A stretch of 64,000 bases of DNA. It comes from a virus (Duplodnaviria > Caudoviricetes). This document shows, in pieces, positions 30,079-38,538 of the stretch. Position numbers and translations under genes: made by a program. The notes under the pieces are model-generated. The model worked only from the letters and a program-made list of their open reading frames with translations. It ran no database searches and was not told the DNA's origin. How positions within the stretch are numbered: position 1 is the stretch's first letter; the number at the start of each line of letters is the position of its first letter. The stretch is taken from the IMG/VR virus record IMGVR_UViG_3300010885_080481. The stretch is one strand, 5' to 3'.

Positions 30079-33000
30079 ATGGCACAGCTCAAATTTGGAA
30101 GCGCAGGAGTAACATCAAGAGAAATCGACCTATCAGGTCCAGTAGAAACCTCACCAACAGGTGTTCCAGCTGGCGTGATTGGAACATCTGTTAAAGGACC
30201 AGCTTTCGTACCTCTGACGTACGGAAACTTAAAAGACTTTTTTGCTAAGTTTGGTGAAAGCGATTCAAAAAAGTTTGGTCCTATCGCTGTGGCTGAGTGG
30301 TTGAACAACGCAACTTCGGTCACGTATTTACGCGTTCTCGGTGTGGGTGATGGTAAGAAACGTACGGCCTCCGGTGCTGTGACGAATGCTGGTTTTACGG
30401 TAGGCGAAAAGCAACCTGATTCTACCGGAATGTTGTCTTACAATTCTTATGCAAATCAAGAAGGATCCCCTGGCAGAACTTACTTCTTGGGTTGCTTTAT
30501 GTCAGAGTCTGCAGGTTCTACTTTCTTCAGCGACGCAGGCCTTCAAGGGTTGAACAGAGTAACATCTCCTAATTCGTTAGATGCAGCCGTGCCAATTGTC
30601 AGAGGAGTTTTAATGGCTCCTTCTGGAGTTCTAATTAGACTATCTGCCTCACACGGTCCGGCCTTTTCTTCAGCTCCTACATTAACGACAACAGGTCGTG
30701 AGTTAGATCCCAATTTGAGAGGTACTACGCTGGGTTCAGTAGTGCTGGACTCTTCCAAACAAGAGTTCACATTACTTCTAAATGGGCATAGAGGCCTTGA
30801 TTCCGCTTATCCCAACGTATTGACCGCTTCTTTCGACGTTAATTCGGCTAACTTCTTGACGAAGGTTTTAAATACAGATCCTTACAAAATACAACAAGCA
30901 GGTCATTATTTAGCGGCTCACTGGGATATTCATCCTGCAGTTGCTGTCGTAACGGGGACGGGACTAATTTCAGCCGGCGCTTTTTCGTATGGATTAGCGG
31001 ATCTTCGACGTGGCAAAGAATCTTCTGCTTTCTTGTTGACTTCGTCTCAAGCATACGATGCAGGAACAACGTCTGTTCCAAACTTTGAATCATTCAAAGA
31101 TAGGTTCTCTAATGCAAAATCTCCCTGGGTGATCTCGCAAAAGTTTGGCGGAAATCCAATAAACCTATTTAGATTTCATTCTTTGGACTCTGGCGTTGGC
31201 GTATCTAACAAGTTTAAAATTACTATCGCCAACATCGTCCCTTCAACCGCAGCAAATTACAAATACGGTTCGTTCAATGTCGTAATTCGAGCTTTCGAAG
31301 ATAATGATATAGATCAAAAAGTTTTAGAAAGCTTCAACGGAGTCAATCTAGACCCATCATCCGATAGATACATCGCTAAGGTTCTAGGCGATATTAACGC
31401 ATACTATGATTTTGACAGAGATGAAGCAAGCCAAAAACTTGTCATCGAAGGAAACTATACGTTACGATCTCGTTTCGTTCGTGTTGAAGTATCGAACGAG
31501 GTGTTGGACATGGCAGTAGACTCCACCGCTCTACCAATGGGATTCAGAGGAATTGCTCACCTTGTAACATCTGGATCTGTTCTTAAGACTCTCTCCGCCG
31601 CCGACGCGGCTGAGTTAACAGCCGCAGAGTACATAAAAAATGTTGTAGAGTCTCCGTTGCCTTTCAGAAAAACGATCATAGACGGAACAGGATTACAAGC
31701 TCAAGAAAACGCTAGGTATTGTTGGGGCGTTAAGTTTGAACACACGACAGATCTTGCGGAACAGAACAGCGGTAACTCCCCAGACAAATCCTTAAATTAC
31801 TTCACAAGTTACTTCCCTGATTTTTCAACAACAAATATGAACTTTGTTGTCGGCGATAATTCAGGAGCTCCGGACACATCCACAAATGGTATTCTGGACG
31901 CTGACAGATTCTGTAACAATCTTTTCACTCTTGAACACATTAAGATTACGACAGGATCTAATGGCACCGTTGATCAACCAGATTCTTGGAAGTATGCAGA
32001 GTACGTTCGCAGGGGGTCAATTCCGACCGACGATACAGGCAAAACCCGTGCAATCAATGTATCTGATCTATCATTCTCGCAGAACAGAAGATTCCTCAAA
32101 TTCACCATGGTCATGCAGGGTGGATTCGACGGCGTCAACATCTTCGATGAGAATGAGCATCAGATCAACAACGCAGCCGTCACCGCAGACATGGGCGATG
32201 CTAACAGAGGTGGAAGCAGAGGTCCAAACGTAAGCTCTTATCTCAAGGCATTGGAAGTTATGAAGAACACCACAAACGTGGATATTCAATTACTCGCAAT
32301 ACCTGGTATCAGAACTCCCGTTGTGACCGATGCCGCCCTCGCAGCAACAGAAGAGCGTTTTGACGCTCTCTACATCATGGACATGGAACAGGTAGACAAG
32401 AATGGCAACCTGATCAACGTCACAGGAACCGCTAAACCTTCCGTAACTGAGACGATTGCCCAACACAAGGCTCGTAACCTCAACACGTCCTTCGCAGCAA
32501 CTTACTTCCCTGACGTGCTGATGAGAGATCCTTCAAGGGCATCCAACACCGTCGTTGTTCCACCTTCGGTCGTCGTCCTCGGAGCCTTGGCGTTGAATGA
32601 TGCTCTAGGATATCCTTGGTTTGCTCCCGCAGGTCTCACCCGCGGCGCACTTCCCACTACGCTAGAGACCAGCATCCAGCTGAAAGACGAAGATCTCGAC
32701 GCTCTATATGATGAAGACATCAATCCTCTTTACGCGCAAATAACGCAGGCTAGATCAGGATTGAATCCGAAGGGAGGAGTCGTCGTCTGGGGTCAGAAGA
32801 CGCTGTACCAAGCTGCTTCAGCTCTTGATAGAATCAACGTCCGTCGTCTCCTTATCGACATCCGTCGTCAGGTTCGTGAGATCGCTCAAACGATCATCTT
32901 CGAGCCAAACCGCGAAGCCACCCTCGCCCGCTTCTCTGCCGCTGTCACCCCTCGCTTGCAGAGAATTCAGGCCCTCGCCGGACTAGAAAGGTTCAGAGTC

Positions 33001-33141
33001 ATCATTGATTCTTCGACCACAACCCAGGCCGACGTGGAGAACAACACGGTTAGAGGAAAGATATTCCTCCAGCCAACAAAGACGATAGAGTTCGTTTCTC
33101 TAGACTTCGTCGTGGCAAACAACCTCCAGTCAGTCACCTGA
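30079..33141 (+). CDS. Contractile tail sheath protein 2
   Basis: SAGVTSREIDLS, GTSVKGPAFVP, PWFAPAGLTRG, LYDEDINPL, WGQKTL...SALDRINVRRLL, PTKTIEFVSLDF. Confidence 0.92.
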   Translation: MAQLKFGSAGVTSREIDLSGPVETSPTGVPAGVIGTSVKGPAFVPLTYGNLKDFFAKFGESDSKKFGPIAVAEWLNNATSVTYLRVLGVGDGKKRTASGAVTNAGFTVGEKQPDSTGMLSYNSYANQEGSPGRTYFLGCFMSESAGSTFFSDAGLQGLNRVTSPNSLDAAVPIVRGVLMAPSGVLIRLSASHGPAFSSAPTLTTTGRELDPNLRGTTLGSVVLDSSKQEFTLLLNGHRGLDSAYPNVLTASFDVNSANFLTKVLNTDPYKIQQAGHYLAAHWDIHPAVAVVTGTGLISAGAFSYGLADLRRGKESSAFLLTSSQAYDAGTTSVPNFESFKDRFSNAKSPWVISQKFGGNPINLFRFHSLDSGVGVSNKFKITIANIVPSTAANYKYGSFNVVIRAFEDNDIDQKVLESFNGVNLDPSSDRYIAKVLGDINAYYDFDRDEASQKLVIEGNYTLRSRFVRVEVSNEVLDMAVDSTALPMGFRGIAHLVTSGSVLKTLSAADAAELTAAEYIKNVVESPLPFRKTIIDGTGLQAQENARYCWGVKFEHTTDLAEQNSGNSPDKSLNYFTSYFPDFSTTNMNFVVGDNSGAPDTSTNGILDADRFCNNLFTLEHIKITTGSNGTVDQPDSWKYAEYVRRGSIPTDDTGKTRAINVSDLSFSQNRRFLKFTMVMQGGFDGVNIFDENEHQINNAAVTADMGDANRGGSRGPNVSSYLKALEVMKNTTNVDIQLLAIPGIRTPVVTDAALAATEERFDALYIMDMEQVDKNGNLINVTGTAKPSVTETIAQHKARNLNTSFAATYFPDVLMRDPSRASNTVVVPPSVVVLGALALNDALGYPWFAPAGLTRGALPTTLETSIQLKDEDLDALYDEDINPLYAQITQARSGLNPKGGVVVWGQKTLYQAASALDRINVRRLLIDIRRQVREIAQTIIFEPNREATLARFSAAVTPRLQRIQALAGLERFRVIIDSSTTTQADVENNTVRGKIFLQPTKTIEFVSLDFVVANNLQSVT

Positions 33142-33161
33142 TTGTAACAGTTGTTAGAGAT

Positions 33162-33194
33162 GAAGAGCCGTTCACAGCGGCTCTTCTTTCATTT
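33162..33194 (+). terminator. Intrinsic terminator after sheath 2
   Basis: gaagagccg (33162-33170) / cggctcttc (33178-33186), perfect 9-bp stem followed by tttcattt. Confidence 0.7.
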
Positions 33195-33315
33195 GCGTTA
33201 GGTATGATTAGAATGCTCTCTAATAATTTTTCTGTTAATTCATTGGGTGATAAACGTAAGAATTATAAAAATAACCTGTGAAGGATCCTGCTGAGGCGGG
33301 CCTTTTTACGTTGTG

Positions 33316-33323
33316 ATAGTTAT
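33316..33323 (+). promoter_or_regulatory. ATANTTAT promoter-like motif (ATAGTTAT)
   Basis: 20 nt upstream of the sheath-3 ATG and downstream of two hairpins. Confidence 0.5.
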
Positions 33324-33343
33324 TGTCGTAAAAAGAAATTGCG

Positions 33344-36343
33344 ATGAGCGAATACAAGTTTAACAGCGCAGGGATATCGGCTCAAGAAATTGGACTGATT
33401 GGTCCGACGGACGAAGAAGATGTTCCATTCGGTCGGAACGCTTGCATTATAGGAACTTCTTTTATTGGTCCTGCATTTGTTCCTTTGACTTTAGGAACTC
33501 AAAGGAAATTTCAAGCAAAATTTGGCGACCTCGACGCGAAGTTGTTCGGTCCTTTCGCCGTGAGAGAATGGTTGAGCAACGCCAACTCTGTCACCTACAT
33601 GCGTGTTCTGGGGATCGGAGATGGCAAGAAGAGAGGTCCCGACGGAGATGTGACGTCAGCTGGATTCACTGTCGGCGAGGAATTGCCTTTCGTCTCATCT
33701 AGCGGGTACATCGTTTCAAATAGCTTTGCAAACTCCGGAGGTCCGTTAGGCAGAACTTATTTCTTGGGTTGCTTCATGTCTGAGTCGGAAGGCAACACCT
33801 ACTTTAGTTCAGCTGGGTTACAAGGAACTGGTAGCCAAAATAATATTGTTTCCGCCGCCGTTCCAATCATCCGTGGCATATTGATGGCGCCATCAGGGGT
33901 TATATTACGCCTGTCTTCATCAGGCGGAGGGTACAATTCTAGCGCTCCTCCCTTGACGTATGTGGCTAATGAATCTACGACTTATGGAACCACCTTGGGA
34001 TCAGTCACACTTTTGGATGGAAACAGCTCTGTCAAACAAGAGTTTGTGTTGTTGCTGAATGGCCACACTGCTGGGGATACTGCTATTACTGCTTCTTTTG
34101 ACATGCAAGCTCCTAATTACTTCCCGAAAGTATTCAACACGACTGCATCTTACATTCAAGAGAAGGGACATTTCCTCTACACACATTTTGACATTCATCC
34201 TTCTACAGCTGAGTTGACAGGAACGAATGCGGTGACCGCTGGAGCTGGAGCTGATTCAGATTCTAATAGGATATTTGGAACTGAGAGATCCATCTTCTTG
34301 ATCACGTCTTCATTGGCTCGGAACGTTGGTTCAAGTACGGTCCCCAATTACGAAAACTTTAGAGACAGATTCACTCATTCCAAGACTCCTTGGTTCGTCT
34401 CACAGGATTTTAGAGGTAATAGGCACAACCTATTCAGACTGCATCTATTGGGTGATGGAACTCAAGAGTTTCAGTCTTATAAAATCACGATAAAGGATAT
34501 AACGCCTGCGGCGCCCGATTCTATCTACGCATATGGTACCTTTAGTATATTGGTACGTAACTTGATAGATCCAGATGGAGAGACCTCAACTCCTGTAGAA
34601 AAATTCATAGGCGTCACCTTGGACCCTTCGTCTGACAAGTACATCTCAAAAGAAATTGGAGACGTCAATGCATTTTACGACTTCGACAGGCCTGATAACG
34701 AGCAGAAGCTAGTCATAGAAGGTAACTACCCGTTAAAATCGAACGTCATAAGAGTTGAGGTGTCTGAAGACGTCAAAAACAAGAAGGTTCCTTTCGATTC
34801 TCTCCCTGTGGGATTTAGAGGAATCTCTCATCTGGTCACCTCCGGATCAGCACCTTTAGCCACGCTAAATTCGGCCGACGCTTCAGCGTTGGTTTCTGCT
34901 GGCTACGTAAAAAATATGGTGCAGCCTCCTCTGCCCATGCGTTTTAATAATAGAGCAGTAAACTTGCAAACGACTCCTTCTACCAACAAATCTTGGGGAG
35001 TGATGTTTGATCATGCAGGACAGAATAGCAACGACATCAAACAGCCCTTGATGTTTCTATTTGGATACACCTCTCATTATCCTGAACATGCCTCGAGCAA
35101 TGCAAATTTTGCGGTTGGTGATAACGTCGGCGTCCTTGATACATCTGCTAATGGCATCATGGATGCGGACAGATTTTGCTACAATTTCTTTACTCTAGAA
35201 AACATAAAAATAATCACAGGATCCAACGGAACAGTCGATCCGCCATATGACTGGAACTTGGCTGAGTACGTGAGGAACGGCGATATTCCCGAGAATCATA
35301 AAGAGAAATCGAGAAGGATTGGTATGGGAGATTTCTTGTCGGCTTCTAACTCAGGATATCTACGTTATGATGTGATCCTGCAGGGCGGTTTCAATGGCGT
35401 CAACATATTCGACACAGATGAATCAGATTTGACGTCGACAGCCGTGAAGGCCGACATGGCCGACCCAGCCCGTGGCCGCCTCAAGGGGCCTTCCGTGATA
35501 TCATATAAAAAATCTTTAGAAATAATCGGTAATTCTACGAACACTGATTTTAGCATTTTTGCTATTCCTGGAATTAGAGAACCTGTCATCACTGATGAAG
35601 CCACCCTGACAGCCGAAGATCGCTTCGACGCTCTCTACGTTATGGATGTAGAGAACGGTTCGACTCCGAAAGAAACAGCAGAGACATTGAAGAATCGTGT
35701 CATAAATTCGTCTTTTGCGGCCGCTTATTATCCTGATGCGGTCATACGGTTGTCTCCTCAATTGAACACAGAGTACGTGGTTCCACCTTCGGTCGTTGTC
35801 CTTGGAGCTCTGTCTCTCAACGACAGCATAGGACAACCTTGGTTTGCCCCTGCTGGTGTGACAAGAGGGAAGTTGGTATCGACGGTAAAAACGACAGTGC
35901 CACTAAATGAAAAAGATCTTGACACTTTGTACAAGAGCAATATCAACCCCTTATACGCGACGACTAACATTGAAGGTGTCAATCAATTTCAAAATGTGAG
36001 CGCCGTTGTCGTATGGGGGCAAAAAACGTTGCAATTGGCAAATGCAGCCGTCAACAGGATCAACGTCAGACGGTTGTTAATCGAGGCTCGCCGCGCAGTG
36101 AAAGAAGCTGCTCAAACGGCATTATTTGAACCAAATAGACCTGAATCCGCCGTTAGGTTGACCAACATCATATCTGAAAGATTGGCAACGATAAAATCTT
36201 TAGGTGGTATGGATGAATTTAGAGTGTCTCTCTCACCATCAAATGATCCAGAATTTTTGACAATTCGTGGTCGTGTTTACGTTAAACCGAAGAAAACACA
36301 AGAATTTGTGACTTTAGATTTCTCAGTTTCTAATGATGAATAA
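33344..36343 (+). CDS. Contractile tail sheath protein 3 (diverged paralogue of sheath 2)
   Basis: SAGISAQEI, GPAFVP, GRTYFLGCFMSES (identical in sheath 2), PWFAPAGVTRG, WGQKTLQ, RINVRRLL, PKKTQEFVTLDF. Confidence 0.88.
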   Translation: MSEYKFNSAGISAQEIGLIGPTDEEDVPFGRNACIIGTSFIGPAFVPLTLGTQRKFQAKFGDLDAKLFGPFAVREWLSNANSVTYMRVLGIGDGKKRGPDGDVTSAGFTVGEELPFVSSSGYIVSNSFANSGGPLGRTYFLGCFMSESEGNTYFSSAGLQGTGSQNNIVSAAVPIIRGILMAPSGVILRLSSSGGGYNSSAPPLTYVANESTTYGTTLGSVTLLDGNSSVKQEFVLLLNGHTAGDTAITASFDMQAPNYFPKVFNTTASYIQEKGHFLYTHFDIHPSTAELTGTNAVTAGAGADSDSNRIFGTERSIFLITSSLARNVGSSTVPNYENFRDRFTHSKTPWFVSQDFRGNRHNLFRLHLLGDGTQEFQSYKITIKDITPAAPDSIYAYGTFSILVRNLIDPDGETSTPVEKFIGVTLDPSSDKYISKEIGDVNAFYDFDRPDNEQKLVIEGNYPLKSNVIRVEVSEDVKNKKVPFDSLPVGFRGISHLVTSGSAPLATLNSADASALVSAGYVKNMVQPPLPMRFNNRAVNLQTTPSTNKSWGVMFDHAGQNSNDIKQPLMFLFGYTSHYPEHASSNANFAVGDNVGVLDTSANGIMDADRFCYNFFTLENIKIITGSNGTVDPPYDWNLAEYVRNGDIPENHKEKSRRIGMGDFLSASNSGYLRYDVILQGGFNGVNIFDTDESDLTSTAVKADMADPARGRLKGPSVISYKKSLEIIGNSTNTDFSIFAIPGIREPVITDEATLTAEDRFDALYVMDVENGSTPKETAETLKNRVINSSFAAAYYPDAVIRLSPQLNTEYVVPPSVVVLGALSLNDSIGQPWFAPAGVTRGKLVSTVKTTVPLNEKDLDTLYKSNINPLYATTNIEGVNQFQNVSAVVVWGQKTLQLANAAVNRINVRRLLIEARRAVKEAAQTALFEPNRPESAVRLTNIISERLATIKSLGGMDEFRVSLSPSNDPEFLTIRGRVYVKPKKTQEFVTLDFSVSNDE

Positions 36344-36372
36344 AAATATTTTTGTTAGATCTTCTTTTAAGA

Positions 36373-36380
36373 ATAATTAT
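36373..36380 (+). promoter_or_regulatory. ATANTTAT promoter-like motif (ATAATTAT)
   Basis: 32 nt upstream of the tail-tube ATG. Confidence 0.5.
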
Positions 36381-36412
36381 GCTAAGAGTTCCAACAACAG
36401 GAGTAATTTACA

Positions 36413-36901
36413 ATGGCTGAAACCCTTGACGTAACGTCAATGATCCCAAACAAATTTGAACCCAAACGCAAGAACCGTTGGGTCCTCATGATCGAAGGCA
36501 TCGATGCCTACATTTTGAAAACCGCCGCACGCCCACAGATATCGACGGAAGAAGTTGCTGTTCCTTTTATCAACTCAACCCGTTATCTTGCAGGTAGGAC
36601 AACGTTCGGACAGATGAGCGTGACGCTCCACGACCCCATTGCTCCTTCTGGCGCACAACAGGTCATGGAATGGGTTCGTTTACACTTTGAGTCTGTTTCA
36701 GGTCGTTCAGGTTATGCAGACTTCTACAAGAGAGATGTTCAGTTGAAGATGCTTGATCCTGTTGGCACTGTCATCGAACTTTGGGACATCAAGGGTGCGT
36801 TCATCATGGAAGCAAACTTCAATGATCTAACGTACGAAGATGGCGGCCCTGTTGAAATCGCTTTAACGTTGCGTTATGACAACGCCGTTCTGCAGTACTG
36901 A
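36413..36901 (+). CDS. Tail tube protein (T4 gp19-like)
   Basis: FEPKRKNRW...I.GIDAY, RP.I..EEV..PFIN..RY.AGR, DPIAPSGAQ.VMEW, YADFYKRD..L.MLDPVG...E.W...GAF, I.LTLRYD. Confidence 0.9.
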   Translation: MAETLDVTSMIPNKFEPKRKNRWVLMIEGIDAYILKTAARPQISTEEVAVPFINSTRYLAGRTTFGQMSVTLHDPIAPSGAQQVMEWVRLHFESVSGRSGYADFYKRDVQLKMLDPVGTVIELWDIKGAFIMEANFNDLTYEDGGPVEIALTLRYDNAVLQY

Positions 36902-36979
36902 TCTGGAGACTTCAATCAAAACTATTCGTTTGGAACCGTCAAGTTAAGCAGACTGAACTGGTTAACTTGTTAATTCTCG

Positions 36980-37006
36980 AAGGCCCAATTTTTTGGGCCT
37001 TTTTTT
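36980..37006 (+). terminator. Intrinsic terminator after the tail tube gene
   Basis: aaggcccaa-tttt-ttgggcctt followed by a T run. Confidence 0.8.
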
Positions 37007-37056
37007 ATTTACAAAAATTTAAAAAGATATAATTTGATCTTGATATCAGGAGACAT

Positions 37057-37929
37057 ATGTCAGATCAACGAGAAGTCAAAAATTCCATTTTCAATCCTAA
37101 CATGCCTGGAGGGGTCGATCCTCGCATGCCTATGCAATCCGTCGCGGACAAGCTGAAGGCAGAGTTCGGATTAGACATTCCGACAGAGCTAGTTCCGCTT
37201 CCATCATGCGGTAAGGTATATCCCCCTGAGATGTCTTTGCATAATCAAGACGTCGTTGAGATTCGTCCAATGACCGCAAGAGAAGAAGACATTCTAACTT
37301 CTAGAGCTCTTATCAAAAAGGGTACCGTCATCACTGAGCTGATCAAGGCTTGTCTCGTGGATAGATCAGTAAGCACGTCTGATCTCTTGGTTGGTGATAG
37401 AAATGCTCTAATGATGGCGATTCGTATCACGGGATACGGTCCTGATTACACGACTGAGATGGATTGTGACGAATGCAGCTCTAAAAATCAACAGACATTC
37501 AATCTATCAGAACTACCCATCAAGAAGCTTGAGATAGATCCTGTCATTCATGGTCAGAACGTTTTCGAGTTTTTGCTACCAAGAACAAAAAAGAAGGTCA
37601 GATTCAAGTTCTCTACTGGTCGTGATGAGGAAGAAGCTTCCATTTTAGCAGAAAAACAAAAGAAGCTTGGATTAGGTGCCGAGACTGGTGTCACAACGTC
37701 TTTGATGCAATCAATCTTGTCAATCGACGGTATAGAAGACAGGGTCAAGATCTCTAATTTTATCAAGTACATGCCTGCTCAAGATTCGTTGGCATTAAGA
37801 AACTACATGAGGGAGCACGAACCTGGTGTCACGATGAAGCAAGAGGTCGTGTGTCCTGCCTGTGGGAACACAGAGGAGGTCAACATGCCATTAGGCATCA
37901 ACTTTCTTTGGCCTTCGTCCAGAAGATAA
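37057..37929 (+). CDS. Tail assembly chaperone / baseplate hub assembly protein (T4 gp26-like)
   Basis: VPLPS.G..Y, IRPMTAREEDILTS, LL.GDRNA..M.IR..GYG..Y, CxxC pairs (CDEC, CPAC); AGGAG SD; directly after the tube gene. Confidence 0.75.
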   Translation: MSDQREVKNSIFNPNMPGGVDPRMPMQSVADKLKAEFGLDIPTELVPLPSCGKVYPPEMSLHNQDVVEIRPMTAREEDILTSRALIKKGTVITELIKACLVDRSVSTSDLLVGDRNALMMAIRITGYGPDYTTEMDCDECSSKNQQTFNLSELPIKKLEIDPVIHGQNVFEFLLPRTKKKVRFKFSTGRDEEEASILAEKQKKLGLGAETGVTTSLMQSILSIDGIEDRVKISNFIKYMPAQDSLALRNYMREHEPGVTMKQEVVCPACGNTEEVNMPLGINFLWPSSRR

Positions 37930-38176
37930 GACGACTTTCATTTTAGAACCTGCATTCTTGTTGATGTATTATTGCGGATTTACGTACAGGGAGACCTATG
38001 CGCTCCCTGTTGCGTACAAACAATGGTTCATAGAACGAATTAGAAAAGAGTTGACAAAATCGACGGACGACGGAAACACCCAATCTAGAGCACTACACCA
38101 CAATTCACCAGAGGTTAGAGCGATGTCAGGAATGGCTAGAGAGTCTTCTCCTTCGCGGCTGCGAAGATTTACTTGA
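37904..38176 (+). CDS. Chaperone C-terminal extension (gp51/lambda gpT-like), probably made by +1 frameshift
   Basis: Frame is open from 37895: STFFGLRPEDKTTFILEPAFLLMYYCGFTYRETYALPVAYKQWFIERI...; no SD before the in-frame TTG/ATG at 37958-37964. Confidence 0.55.
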   Translation, partial: FFGLRPEDKTTFILEPAFLLMYYCGFTYRETYALPVAYKQWFIERIRKELTKSTDDGNTQSRALHHNSPEVRAMSGMARESSPSRLRRFT

Positions 38177-38225
38177 TGACATAATAAAAAAAGGTAGTTT
38201 TCTTTTTAGAATATTAGATATTTGC

Positions 38226-38519
38226 ATGACCAATCCAGCCTTCGTACAAATAGAATTAAATGGTGATGATTCTAAGAAGCATGAACTGTTTCGTGCAATC
38301 GCTTCTAAGTTAACTGGAAACTTAGCATGCGAGATTAGGCTGAAGGGCACAAAAAAGCAGGTCTCTATCGTCAATGAAGCCACCTCTGCCACCTACCAAT
38401 TTCATCGCAATCTCAATGATAAAAATGCTAGCCTGCAGTCTGTCATAGAGAGTCTTAACAAGAAGCATGAAGCGGCTCAAAAGTTTGAGTCTCACTTCGG
38501 TATTTCTTGGGTTCTTTGA
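38226..38519 (+). CDS. Hypothetical protein
   Basis: 97-aa ORF between the chaperone and tape measure genes. Confidence 0.6.
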   Translation: MTNPAFVQIELNGDDSKKHELFRAIASKLTGNLACEIRLKGTKKQVSIVNEATSATYQFHRNLNDKNASLQSVIESLNKKHEAAQKFESHFGISWVL

Positions 38520-38538
38520 TTGAGAAGGATGTAGCTAG

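Noticed and set aside
26985-36901. Extracellular contractile injection system (Afp/PVC-like) rather than a phage
   Set aside because: Neck genes, an endolysin and a full replication/nucleotide module are contiguous with the tail genes.
37008-37033. Sigma70 promoter TTTACA/TATAAT before the chaperone gene
   Set aside because: The spacer is only 14 nt.
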